Part shown: positions 28,120 to 37,857 of the stretch, in pieces
Layout: the number at the start of each line of letters is the position of its first letter
Numbering within the stretch: the first letter of the stretch is position 1
From: a virus
Virus record (IMG/VR): IMGVR_UViG_3300021138_001972
Coordinates: 1-64,000 of that record
Length of the DNA: 64,000 bases
Reading direction: 5' to 3' (one strand)
Notes under the pieces: generated by a model
Databases searched by the model: none
Seen by the model: the letters and a program-made list of their open reading frames with translations, nothing else
What the model was told of the DNA's origin: nothing
Program-made: the position numbers and the translations under genes

Positions 28120-30059
28120 ACTAATTTCAGCTGCGCTTTGCCAAAGTTTCGGCGCCTTGCGTAGTATATGTTCTGCAGAAACACCTGCAGAGACATGGTA
28201 CGATCTTCTGGAAAATCCACCACGTATGCATCATATCTATTAGACAGCGGTTGATCTGATATGACATGATCCAAGAGATTGCTGTCAGTATGCAACTGCA
28301 TAGGGTACAGTGTGATACGGTCATATCGCACCACATAGGCCTCGGTAATCTTTCTCAGATCCAGCAAGGGCCTGATCATGTTTCCAGTGGGCAGAGCAGG
28401 CTCAAGCAGGTGTCCATATGTTTCTTCAACGTACATCTCCACAGCTGAGCAATACCTATGGTAGCTGCGGTCAGCATGCATGCGTAGATTGCTAAGATGT
28501 ATGAGATTCCATCCATGTATCCTAACCCCAGCTATTGGATCAACTGAGATGCTGCCAGTGGTCATCCAGCTGCGATATGCGTCCATAACAAGATCTCGTT
28601 CACTGCGCCACCAGGCTGCATTCTGTTCAAGCCATGTTTGGAATCCAATGTAGAATTCCTCGTAGCTTACAGCGCATGCCTTGCGCAAGAACCTACTATA
28701 CCATTGGCTGATGCCATTGATGTGCCAGGTGTTGATGAACCAGCTGAACTCTTGGCAAGACAGCATGTTGTCAAGAGGCAGGTCTCGAGTGCTGGTCACT
28801 ACTTCCACACCTTCTAATATAGCATCGCCCTCATCGTTGCCACTAAGATAATCATATACGGTAATGCTTGTGATGCTATTGGACTCACGCTGTGTGAGAT
28901 TCATCTCAGCATTCTCCAACAGCTGTGCTTGGAAGAATTCTATGCCGCTGTGTTGATTGATCTCCAACAGGCCCCAGACATTTCTACGCCAACTGTCTAC
29001 AGTCTCACCAGGTAAGCCCAGTATCAGTTCGGTGTTGACCGTGATGCCTTCGCGTTGGCACAGATCAAACACCTCGTTCAGCCGATTGATCTCTAGGTTC
29101 TTGCGCTTTATCTCACCGAGCACATGGTCGTCTAGGCTCTGCACGCTCAGAGTTAACCCATTGTTGAACCCGCGAGCAGTCAGCTTCTTGGCCAGCTTGA
29201 CCACATCTGCCTTTTGGTTCTTGGCCCAACTGAGCCCCATGCGACGCGGATAGCCGAATCGATCCTGCGTCCCTATGACTTTCTCCACTATTAGATTATC
29301 GCGTTCGATGAACATGCCAAAGTTGGCATCTGTGATGCTCATCCAATCGCACTCATGCTCGCCCATCCACTCTATCTCTGCAAACACCCGCTTGAGATCA
29401 AACTGCTTGACCTTGTTGTAGGTGAGGCTGCCCCAGTCACAGAAGGTGCACTGATAAGGGCAACCTCTGTTGGTCTCCAACGTGGCATTCCAAGTTACCG
29501 TGGGATTGTCAGCCATGATGCCATCAAACACGCCTGTGGTATAGGGGCTGGGGATCTGATCCAATCGGTCTATGCGCACTGCTGTGCCAGTGTCTACCAC
29601 ACGACCTTGGTCGTTCAGCAGCAGGCCTCTGACCGTGGGCAAAGCACCATGGTGCAGCAGATCAGCAAACGCTACCTCACCCTCCTTCTTGACCACTGCG
29701 TCAATGAAAGGATAGTGTTGGAATATGTCTGTGCTTTCCACGGGAGGTTCTGGTCCACCAAACACGATCTGGCAACGAGGATTATAGTCCTTGATCCTGC
29801 GAGCCAACTGGTAGTTGTAGCTTTTGTTCCAGATGTAGGTGCTGAAACCTATTGTATCACAGTCTGCCAGCTGCTTGTACACAGATTCTATGGGATCGCG
29901 TCGCCACACCAGCTGGTCCAGATGCCAGCGTTCGGTGATCAGGCTCATCCGGCTGGCGTAGGCCCACAGCACGCCTGCGCTGTAAGGTAGGTAGTAGGCA
30001 TTTAACTCGCGCGGACCCTGTGCGAAATTTGGCTGCACAAGGTTGAGCCTGCGTGTCAT
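28116..30059 (-). CDS. Cobalamin-binding radical SAM protein
   Basis: N-terminal B12-binding domain (LPYSAG, GFSTYIWN, VFGGPE); RGCPYQCTFC. Confidence 0.92.
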   Translation of the reverse strand: MTRRLNLVQPNFAQGPRELNAYYLPYSAGVLWAYASRMSLITERWHLDQLVWRRDPIESVYKQLADCDTIGFSTYIWNKSYNYQLARRIKDYNPRCQIVFGGPEPPVESTDIFQHYPFIDAVVKKEGEVAFADLLHHGALPTVRGLLLNDQGRVVDTGTAVRIDRLDQIPSPYTTGVFDGIMADNPTVTWNATLETNRGCPYQCTFCDWGSLTYNKVKQFDLKRVFAEIEWMGEHECDWMSITDANFGMFIERDNLIVEKVIGTQDRFGYPRRMGLSWAKNQKADVVKLAKKLTARGFNNGLTLSVQSLDDHVLGEIKRKNLEINRLNEVFDLCQREGITVNTELILGLPGETVDSWRRNVWGLLEINQHSGIEFFQAQLLENAEMNLTQRESNSITSITVYDYLSGNDEGDAILEGVEVVTSTRDLPLDNMLSCQEFSWFINTWHINGISQWYSRFLRKACAVSYEEFYIGFQTWLEQNAAWWRSERDLVMDAYRSWMTTGSISVDPIAGVRIHGWNLIHLSNLRMHADRSYHRYCSAVEMYVEETYGHLLEPALPTGNMIRPLLDLRKITEAYVVRYDRITLYPMQLHTDSNLLDHVISDQPLSNRYDAYVVDFPEDRTMSLQVFLQNIYYARRRNFGKAQLKLV

Positions 30060-31222
30060 GCGCTGGGAATTTCTCTGGTGTTGCCATATGGTATGTAGTC
30101 AATGCCCTCGGGCACCTTGGAGCTCCGCCACGGATCTACTACCACGCTGCCCTGTGCCATCTGAGATAGCTGAGCTGTGTAATATCCCTGATGCGCCAGC
30201 AGATAGGCTGATGGTTCTGACGCTATCTCATCATACGCAACCGTTGCTCCCAGCTGTTCACAGTAGTATCCTACCAGCAGGCTGTAGCTGCCATCCGTAT
30301 ATGATACTCCGGGTTTGAAGCTCTTGCCCAGTATGATCACTGGCAGCTTATGGCTGGCCAATTCTCGAGCCAGATTCTCTGCTTGCACTTCGCGGGCACG
30401 CATGATGCTGTCAAACAGATCATAACCTAACTTGAGCTTTTCAGCCATGTGGCGCAGTGCTATGTTGTCTCTGGGATGGCAGGGGCCGCCGTCTCCCATG
30501 CCTGGTTTCATGTAGGCAGGTCCTGTGATGCGATAGCTGCTCTCGCTCAGTGCCCTGGCTACCACGTCCACATCCATGTTGCCGATGCGCTCTGCCACGT
30601 CCTGTATCATGTTGACCAAGCTCAGCTTGGCTGAGATGAAGGTGTTGTAGAATATCTTGGTGCTTTCCATCTCTTCCCAGGTACCCGTGACCATGCGAGG
30701 TGAGTTCTGCATCAGTGGTTTGTAGAACTGCATCAGCTGTTCCACTGCCATGTCGACACGCCCAGTAGCGTTGCCTATCATCACCATCTCGGGATTGACC
30801 ATGTCGTGGGCCACAGTGCCCATGGCTATGAGATAGGGATTATAGATCAAGCTGGCCTTGGTCAGATGCTTGGCCAGCTGTCGTCGAACCGTGCCGGGCA
30901 GCACCGTGCTGATCAGCACCACCGTCTTGCCATCAGCGTCCAGCTTATCCAGCTGATCCAACACACTAATAACCGTGCTGTAATCGAAATCCTTGTTGGG
31001 CAAGTGGCTGGTTGGTGCGCTGCCGTCGTACTGTGGATCATGCGGTGTCTGCACTGCTATGAATATTATGTCACCGTGTGCGACTATCTGTTCCAGCGTG
31101 CCCTGCCTTACCATCTGCGTGCTCACTGGTCGCACATCCATGCCCATGACATCATGTACCCGTGCCATGGCCTCTGCCACCGGCAAGCCCAGCTTGCCTA
31201 AACCTATAACGCTTGCTTTCAT
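30056..31222 (-). CDS. UDP-glucose/GDP-mannose dehydrogenase family protein
   Basis: GLGKLG, STVLPG, K.FYNTF, GDGGPCHPRD (catalytic Cys), LGKSFK. Confidence 0.92.
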   Translation of the reverse strand: MKASVIGLGKLGLPVAEAMARVHDVMGMDVRPVSTQMVRQGTLEQIVAHGDIIFIAVQTPHDPQYDGSAPTSHLPNKDFDYSTVISVLDQLDKLDADGKTVVLISTVLPGTVRRQLAKHLTKASLIYNPYLIAMGTVAHDMVNPEMVMIGNATGRVDMAVEQLMQFYKPLMQNSPRMVTGTWEEMESTKIFYNTFISAKLSLVNMIQDVAERIGNMDVDVVARALSESSYRITGPAYMKPGMGDGGPCHPRDNIALRHMAEKLKLGYDLFDSIMRAREVQAENLARELASHKLPVIILGKSFKPGVSYTDGSYSLLVGYYCEQLGATVAYDEIASEPSAYLLAHQGYYTAQLSQMAQGSVVVDPWRSSKVPEGIDYIPYGNTREIPSA

Positions 31223-31245
31223 ATGATGGTCCTCTTGATTTTATA

Positions 31246-32457
31246 TTATGCCACGAATTCTTGCCAGATCGCAAGTAGTCGTTGATAGTCCTTGCTGTTT
31301 TCCCAGTGCTGCCATGCTAATCTATGGTTGTGTCGCAGCGCAGGTTCTGCGCGGGCAAACCATGCAGGCAGGTCCTGTATCTCATTGAGCTTGGCTATCT
31401 GCTCTACGATGGCATCGATTCTCGCCACAGTGTCCAAATGGTCATAGCTCTCATCCCAGAGCATGGGAAAAGTCTGGAAGCCCAGCTCGCGCAATCTGTG
31501 CAGAGTGCCAGGGTTGCCCAGGACCATGAATGGGCTGCTGCACAGCATGGGTTTGAACACCTTCTCGCCTATCAGCAGCTGATCATTGCCCACATAGGTC
31601 TCGGTTATCACGCTAAACCAGCTGCGCAGATAGATATCTTCGTTGAGATCATTGAAATGGTTAACGGTGAAATCAGTCTTGTCTACTGTCATGGGCAGCA
31701 CACTCTGCACGCGGCGCACTAGGCTATCGTCCAACAGCGTGCCATCTGGCAGCGCAGGCACGTCAGTGAAGCTGTCCATGCTGATCAAGCCCTGCGGCAC
31801 CAAACCCTGCTCAAACAGCTTGAGGAACAGCCAACGGCGATGCGGATGCAGCACCCTGTTAAGACAGTTGTAGAGCTTGGTATCGCTGTGTTTGGCCTGC
31901 AGCCATTGATCATAGCTCAGGGGTACCGTGCCACGGCGTCCAAGCATGTCAGTGATAGCATGCAGATTGAACAGGGTACTGAGCACCTGCATCTGTGGTT
32001 CTACGCCATTGAAATCACACCAAGAAATATGAGATTTTTCCGCTAAATGATCGCTGGTCATGTATATGATATTCTTGGCTGCTACGGCCCAGCGTGACGC
32101 TGTAGCATAGAACCAACTCCACAGATCAGGATCAGCGTTGCCTTCCTGGCTCTGATCAAATATCAGCAGCACCCTGCCGCGCTGTGCATCCCGCAGCACT
32201 GCCTCGGGCAGATAGCTCAGCGGGTCTTGGGCCCACTGAGCAGGTCTATGGAAGCAGCCAATGGGAAACACATAGTGCCTTGGCCGATTGGCCACGCTGT
32301 AAGCGGGCCAGTCTGTGGTAAGCTGTGCATGCACCCAAGAATCATGCAAGGGCCTAATGCCTTCGGTGGCCCACTGGTTACAGGCCAGCAGATTGCGACG
32401 ATTGTCAAGGTCTTCATAGACCATGCTGGGTGCTCTCATCTGCAGCAGCTGTGGCAT
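31246..32457 (-). CDS. Uncharacterised GT-like family protein, paralog 2
   Basis: NCLNR..HR; FSVITET..GEKVFKP..PF..WDESYD. Confidence 0.7.
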   Translation of the reverse strand: MPQLLQMRAPSMVYEDLDNRRNLLACNQWATEGIRPLHDSWVHAQLTTDWPAYSVANRPRHYVFPIGCFHRPAQWAQDPLSYLPEAVLRDAQRGRVLLIFDQSQEGNADPDLWSWFYATASRWAVAAKNIIYMTSDHLAEKSHISWCDFNGVEPQMQVLSTLFNLHAITDMLGRRGTVPLSYDQWLQAKHSDTKLYNCLNRVLHPHRRWLFLKLFEQGLVPQGLISMDSFTDVPALPDGTLLDDSLVRRVQSVLPMTVDKTDFTVNHFNDLNEDIYLRSWFSVITETYVGNDQLLIGEKVFKPMLCSSPFMVLGNPGTLHRLRELGFQTFPMLWDESYDHLDTVARIDAIVEQIAKLNEIQDLPAWFARAEPALRHNHRLAWQHWENSKDYQRLLAIWQEFVA

Positions 32458-32460
32458 GTA

Positions 32461-32571
32461 TTACCTATAGATGAACGGATCGCGCGATCGCAATGCTGCC
32501 AAACGCTTCTTATAGGCACGGCGTTGCTTAAAACGATGCCAAGGTGTTAACAGCCAATTAATCAACCACAT
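32461..32571 (-). CDS. 36-aa basic peptide ending DPFIYR (not in ORF track)
   Basis: MWLINWLLTPWHRFKQRRAYKKRLAALRSRDPFIYR fills the gap between two operon genes exactly. Confidence 0.75.
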   Translation of the reverse strand: MWLINWLLTPWHRFKQRRAYKKRLAALRSRDPFIYR

Positions 32572-34474
32572 GTGTAATCTTCCTCTTGTGTAATACCTGT
32601 TTCCTACCATACCAAACTATCTGCCGCGCCCAGGTTTCAGCGCTGCCGGGATACTCTGCCGCTGTAAATGCCACGGTTACCGGCCTGTGGATCACTGGAC
32701 CTGATCTGCACTGCAGCGCAGCAGCTATCATGCTGGGTATGTCGTGGCTGTAGCTGCTGCTATCATCTGCAGCATGCGCGGGCCCTAGTATCCACTGCTG
32801 TTGGAAATCAATGGCATCTGCGATGTGAGCATCTGTCATCCAATCTCGCAGGAACGGGACCAGCTCAGCGTAGAACTGCTCTGCCTGGGCTCTGAGTTGC
32901 AGGAACGTGAGCTCTTCCACTGGCCAATTGATGTCGCCAAACTGTGGATCGCTCTGCCCCAGATCCTCAGCGCCAGTCAGCATGAGATCCAGCGTTTGAT
33001 CAATCCTTGCGATCTGTGCGCCCAGCAGCGTAGGCTGTCCCTGATGAGCTCGCAGCAAGCGCAGATAGAATTCCACGTAGCTGTGATTAACCCGCCAGTA
33101 GTCCATGGCCAGATACTGGGTGAGGCCCAGGCAGTGCAGGCTCTGCACAATCCAGCTGATCATGTAGGCCTGTCGCCAATCTGCATGAGGCATGGACTCA
33201 GTGGCTATGACTATGTCGTTGTACTCGGCAATCTCATCAGGACGTGTGCTGCTGTGATTGTCCATCAGAGGCACGCGCTGCTTGACGATGCCCTGCGCGG
33301 CCATGTGAGCAGCGTCAGCCATTTCTGAGTTGCGCAGTACCATGCAGGTGTAGATCACTAGATTGTCATGCTGCCCCCCCTGCAGCAGAGTCTCTATGCC
33401 TGCTGTGTAGCTGGCCAGTGTCTCGCCAGGCAGGCCTATGATCAGCTCTGTGTAGGTAGGTATACCCTGCTCGCGATAGCGTTCAACCAAGGGACGGAAG
33501 TCGTCGATGGCTATGTTCTTGCGCTTGATGGTTTCCAGCGTGTGCGGATCCATGCTCTGCATGCTCAGCGTCACACCCTTGCTCATGCCAGCGTCATTCA
33601 GCATGCGGCTGATCTCAAACACCTTGTGATCGCTCTTCTTGGCATAGCTCGCTCTAAACTTCTGAGGATAGCCCAGGCGCTGCTTGGTATCAACCATGGC
33701 TGTGGTGAGCTCTATGTCGCGAGCATAGATGCCATAGTTGGCGTCGCAGTTGTAGAGCAGATCTATGTGATTGTGGCCAAACCAATCCAGCTCTTCTATC
33801 AATCGCGGCTGATCAAACTGCCGTATCTTGGTATACACAGCCGATCCCCAATCACAGAAGGTACAGCTGTAGGGACATCCTCTGTGGGTCTCCTGGCTGG
33901 CGTGCCAACTGATGCTGGGATTTGCTGCGATCAGCTGGTCAAACACCCCAGTCATGTAAGGGCTGGGTATCACTGATAGATCTGTTAGACGTGGCCGCGA
34001 TTCTGTCTTGATGGTGCGGCCTTTGCGCCTATAGCTTATGCCTTGAACCTTGGCAGGGTCTGAGCGATCTCGGATGCAGCGCAGCAGTTCCGCGAAAGTG
34101 ACTTCACCCTCGTCGTGTACCAAGAAATCTATGTCTGGGTTGTCTTCGAAAAACCCTGTGCTGTCACTGGGCACCTCGGGACCTCCACATATCACGCGGC
34201 AACCAGGATAGCGCATCTTGATCAGTGCTATGAGATCCATGTTGTAGTTCCAGTTCCACAGATAGCAGCTGACTGCCAGCACGTCTGGATCTTGTATCCT
34301 GTTGAATGCCGTGCTCAGAGACTCTCGTAGAAACAGTAGATCACACAGCTCGTAGGACTCTGCGATGTCGGCCTGGCTGTGGGCATAGCTCCACAGCATG
34401 CCTGCACTGTAAGGCAAGAACGCCTGACCACCGAAGCTGTTGTTGATCTGCGCTAGGTAAACACGTTTTATCAA
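32558..34474 (-). CDS. Cobalamin-binding radical SAM protein (paralog of 28116-30059)
   Basis: LPYSAG, SCYLWN, GGPE, RGCPYSCTFC; start taken at the TTG overlapping the upstream TGA. Confidence 0.92.
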   Translation of the reverse strand: MIKRVYLAQINNSFGGQAFLPYSAGMLWSYAHSQADIAESYELCDLLFLRESLSTAFNRIQDPDVLAVSCYLWNWNYNMDLIALIKMRYPGCRVICGGPEVPSDSTGFFEDNPDIDFLVHDEGEVTFAELLRCIRDRSDPAKVQGISYRRKGRTIKTESRPRLTDLSVIPSPYMTGVFDQLIAANPSISWHASQETHRGCPYSCTFCDWGSAVYTKIRQFDQPRLIEELDWFGHNHIDLLYNCDANYGIYARDIELTTAMVDTKQRLGYPQKFRASYAKKSDHKVFEISRMLNDAGMSKGVTLSMQSMDPHTLETIKRKNIAIDDFRPLVERYREQGIPTYTELIIGLPGETLASYTAGIETLLQGGQHDNLVIYTCMVLRNSEMADAAHMAAQGIVKQRVPLMDNHSSTRPDEIAEYNDIVIATESMPHADWRQAYMISWIVQSLHCLGLTQYLAMDYWRVNHSYVEFYLRLLRAHQGQPTLLGAQIARIDQTLDLMLTGAEDLGQSDPQFGDINWPVEELTFLQLRAQAEQFYAELVPFLRDWMTDAHIADAIDFQQQWILGPAHAADDSSSYSHDIPSMIAAALQCRSGPVIHRPVTVAFTAAEYPGSAETWARQIVWYGRKQVLHKRKITHVVD

Positions 34475-35730
34475 CTGTTTAGTCCATTGTACGCAGTCAT
34501 GAACTGCTGATAGTAGTTGCTGTTGAACCAATCTCTGCTCATGAAATGCCGTTGGTTGTGTTCACAGATCTCACGTGCCTGCGCCAGCCATCCTGATTTG
34601 TCTTTGATCACTGACAGTCCCTGCAGGTTATCCAACACTGAGTGCATGCGCTGGAGGTCAGGTAGGATATCATAGCTCTCGTCCCAGAGGCAATCAAAAG
34701 TCTGGTAGCCCCAGCTGCGCAGCTGTGCCATGGTTCCATGTTGTCCCCAGACTATGAATGGTTGCAGCGCAAACATGGGTTTCCACAGCTTTTCTGATAT
34801 GAACAGATTGTGTGCTTCGTCAAATGCATGAGTCTCGGTGATCACGCTGCACCAGCTGTTGAGATATATCTCTGTGTTGATATGCATGGCCTTGTTGTTG
34901 CCAAAGTCACTGTCATCTACCACCAATGGCAGCACAGTGCGGGCACGATCTATCACAGCCTGTGGTACACCGTGTTCTGTCCACGCATGATAGGCCAACT
35001 CATTGTGGCTGACCATGCCCTGTGTGTGTAGATCTCGGTCTATGAGATGCATCACCAAAAGTTCGCGATGGTTCCTGCTGATGCGATTGAGGCAGTTATA
35101 GTTAGCGATGCCGCGCGAGCGTGCCTTGGCTCGTTCGTGATCAGTCCAGGTCAGCAGCGGGCTGTTGCGCAGGTTCAGCTGCTGCATGTACATGAGATGT
35201 GGCATGCCTATCACCGTGATGCGATCCAGCACACCATTGGTTGTGCACCACTCAGCATAGCCTCGGGGATCCAGCTCGTTGTTGGTCATGAAGCAGATGG
35301 CACGAGGCGGCAGATTAAACCGTGCGCAGCAGTGGTGCAGGAACTCATAGAGGCGGGAATCGTAGAAACCTTCGTTGAGATTGTCAATAACCAGCAGCAC
35401 GCGACCATCTCTGGCATCAGCCATGACCTCAGTAGGCACGTAACTGAGAAAGTTTTCAAAACCATGGGCATTGCCCGGCCAGCCAGTCCAATAACCAGAA
35501 TTGTTCCATGTGCCTATGTTGTAGGCATATCGCTGCGGCCTATCATGCAGTCCGCTGTGTTGCCAGCTGTGACCCGCACGGTTCCACCAATTGTTCTTGA
35601 AATAGTGAAACAGGTTGGCCATGGGAAAGCGGCCAGCAATCAGCTGAGTCTTGTCACCATATATGGTGTGTGGACAGGCTGTCATTGTCAGCAGCCGTTC
35701 AGCATCATCAAACACCCAGTGCACAGTCAT
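34471..35730 (-). CDS. Uncharacterised GT-like family protein, paralog 3
   Basis: NCLNR..HR; SVITET..ISEKLWKP..PF..WDESYD. Confidence 0.7.
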   Translation of the reverse strand: MTVHWVFDDAERLLTMTACPHTIYGDKTQLIAGRFPMANLFHYFKNNWWNRAGHSWQHSGLHDRPQRYAYNIGTWNNSGYWTGWPGNAHGFENFLSYVPTEVMADARDGRVLLVIDNLNEGFYDSRLYEFLHHCCARFNLPPRAICFMTNNELDPRGYAEWCTTNGVLDRITVIGMPHLMYMQQLNLRNSPLLTWTDHERAKARSRGIANYNCLNRISRNHRELLVMHLIDRDLHTQGMVSHNELAYHAWTEHGVPQAVIDRARTVLPLVVDDSDFGNNKAMHINTEIYLNSWCSVITETHAFDEAHNLFISEKLWKPMFALQPFIVWGQHGTMAQLRSWGYQTFDCLWDESYDILPDLQRMHSVLDNLQGLSVIKDKSGWLAQAREICEHNQRHFMSRDWFNSNYYQQFMTAYNGLNS

Positions 35731-36890
35731 GGTCGATAGCTCGCGAGTTCTGGTAGGCTTTGTGCGATGCTAGTTTGCTTGTAAGCATCCAATTGATCAA
35801 CCTCTGTCCAAAAATTAGTCCACTGATCTGGATCACCCTGTTCATCTAGATGAGCACGCGCTGATATCCAACTGCTGTAATTGCTGTCTTGCTCTCTGTT
35901 GAGCATGACAGAGTCCATGTTATATTTTACAGCAGATTTGACATCATCTGGTAGATGTTTGACATCTTGATTGGCAGGATAGGTTATCACGTTTAACCAC
36001 GGCAGCCGGTCTCCAAACACTGCCGACGATGCCAGTGTGCTTGCCATGCTGCTCACCGTGAGGCAATTCAGTATTCCAAACGTAGCATGCACAGACATGC
36101 GCACGTTATCGCACCCTGCATGTATGAGATCAATGTTGCGCATGATCACATCCCAGCTGCTGTTTTGCCGTATGTAATCATTGACAATGCCTGTGCCTTC
36201 CAAGCTAACACTGAGATCAACTTGCTTGAATTCTCGCCACAGGTCCAGCTGACCTGGCAGCAGTGTGGTCATGTTGGTATTATAACTGAGATTGATGCTG
36301 TCTGCCGTGCCTAGATCTATGCAGCGTTGCAATATATCCAGTTGTTCTCTGACTATCAGTGGCTCTCCGCCTAGGAAATTAATGTGGGTGACCGTGTGCA
36401 GGCTCTGGTTTATCAGCTCTCTGGCAGCAGGTGCAGTGAACCAATCAGTGTTGCTGAGGTCAGCGTCGCTGGTACGTCCTAATCTGACATTGTCTATCTG
36501 CCACAGATGGCTGTTCCATTCATTGCACATCCTGCAGGTGAGATTGCACTTGTTGCCAAGAGTGATGTCCAGATAGCGCACTTCTGTGTGCAGAGGTTGT
36601 GCATCATGTTGCAGTATATCATTCCATATCTGCCTGAAGCTACGCCCACCAGAATCCTCTATGTCCCAGCATTTCTTGCAGCTGGGATGGCGTTGTTCTC
36701 GCATTTGTGCTTGCCGCACTTCGTTGTGATATGGGGTTCCCATGGCCTCTGACAGGCTGCTCATGTCATTGATCTGCTCGCGATAAGGTCCTCGGTAATG
36801 TGCATCATTGTTGCAGCAGATCCTCGATCGTCCTTGATTATCGACGCTGAGGCTTGACCATGGTAAAACACAAAAGCTATCTTTATGCAC
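35727..36890 (-). CDS. Radical SAM protein with N-terminal SPASM/twitch-like domain
   Basis: FCVLPW..CC..CKKC; CNLTCRMC; GGEP; probable GTG start at 36890. Confidence 0.9.
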   Translation of the reverse strand: MHKDSFCVLPWSSLSVDNQGRSRICCNNDAHYRGPYREQINDMSSLSEAMGTPYHNEVRQAQMREQRHPSCKKCWDIEDSGGRSFRQIWNDILQHDAQPLHTEVRYLDITLGNKCNLTCRMCNEWNSHLWQIDNVRLGRTSDADLSNTDWFTAPAARELINQSLHTVTHINFLGGEPLIVREQLDILQRCIDLGTADSINLSYNTNMTTLLPGQLDLWREFKQVDLSVSLEGTGIVNDYIRQNSSWDVIMRNIDLIHAGCDNVRMSVHATFGILNCLTVSSMASTLASSAVFGDRLPWLNVITYPANQDVKHLPDDVKSAVKYNMDSVMLNREQDSNYSSWISARAHLDEQGDPDQWTNFWTEVDQLDAYKQTSIAQSLPELASYRP

Positions 36891-37857
36891 TGATCGTTCT
36901 CTTGGGTATGCAGATGTCTGTGCCACAATGGCAGTGATGCTTGTTGCATGTGATGGATAATGGTAGATCGTCAAGCACCAGTTGGTCATTGATGTTGCCT
37001 ATCACGCCGCTTACGCCACAGCTGGCCAGCGTTATACTGCCATCTATGCCTATGTTGATGCTGCTGCCAATGTCACACTGCCAACCCTCAAAGAAGTTGC
37101 GATGCTCTGCTGCCAGTCTATTGCTGTTCACAGGTTGTACCATGCCGTCGCTGTAGCGTTCCATAGTATGTGTACCGCCAACCCTGTTGTGTGGTTTGTC
37201 TGCAGTCTGCTTGATCTTTAGATTGTTGCGTTCTAACCAAGCCACCTTGCGCGGATCACTGTAGCTGTAGGGTTCAGCAGCCCTGCTCATCTCAGTCAGT
37301 ATGGGCACATATTCCAGATGCACATTGGGCAGAGCTGCATATATCTGATCTGCTGCGGCCAGCTGACTGTCCCAGTGCTGCTCTGTCATCATCATGCGCA
37401 CTGCCAAGTAGTTCACGTTGGTGCTGAGCAGCTGTGCATTAGCCATGAACAGATCGTGCTTGACCCACTCAGGATGATAGCTGGCTACCACGTCGTCAAA
37501 GTGATGACAGAAGCGTTCCCACCATACGGTAGGCTTGCTGAGATTGGTATTGACTGCTGTAGTAACCTTCCAGCCTGGCCTACCAGTGAACCATCGCAGC
37601 ATGGGTATCAAACCCTGCCAGTGCGTGGGTTCACCGCCGCTGAGAAACAGCTTGATCTTGCGATAGCCCTGCTGCCACATCTTATCCAGCGTCAATCCCA
37701 GATTGCGCTGATAGGTTTCCACGTCCTCGTTGGGTTGATCGCCGCCCCAGTTGCCTTCGTTGCAATAACTGCAACGGAAATTGCAGACGTCACTGGTCTG
37801 CCAGGTTATAAACAACACTGGATCTTCGCTCCATGCGATTTCCACTAGATCATCCAT
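36883..37857 (-). CDS. Radical SAM protein with C-terminal Cys-rich auxiliary cluster domain
   Basis: CNFRCSYC; SGGEP; C-terminal WQC..SC..CNKHHCHC. Confidence 0.9.
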   Translation of the reverse strand: MDDLVEIAWSEDPVLFITWQTSDVCNFRCSYCNEGNWGGDQPNEDVETYQRNLGLTLDKMWQQGYRKIKLFLSGGEPTHWQGLIPMLRWFTGRPGWKVTTAVNTNLSKPTVWWERFCHHFDDVVASYHPEWVKHDLFMANAQLLSTNVNYLAVRMMMTEQHWDSQLAAADQIYAALPNVHLEYVPILTEMSRAAEPYSYSDPRKVAWLERNNLKIKQTADKPHNRVGGTHTMERYSDGMVQPVNSNRLAAEHRNFFEGWQCDIGSSINIGIDGSITLASCGVSGVIGNINDQLVLDDLPLSITCNKHHCHCGTDICIPKRTISA

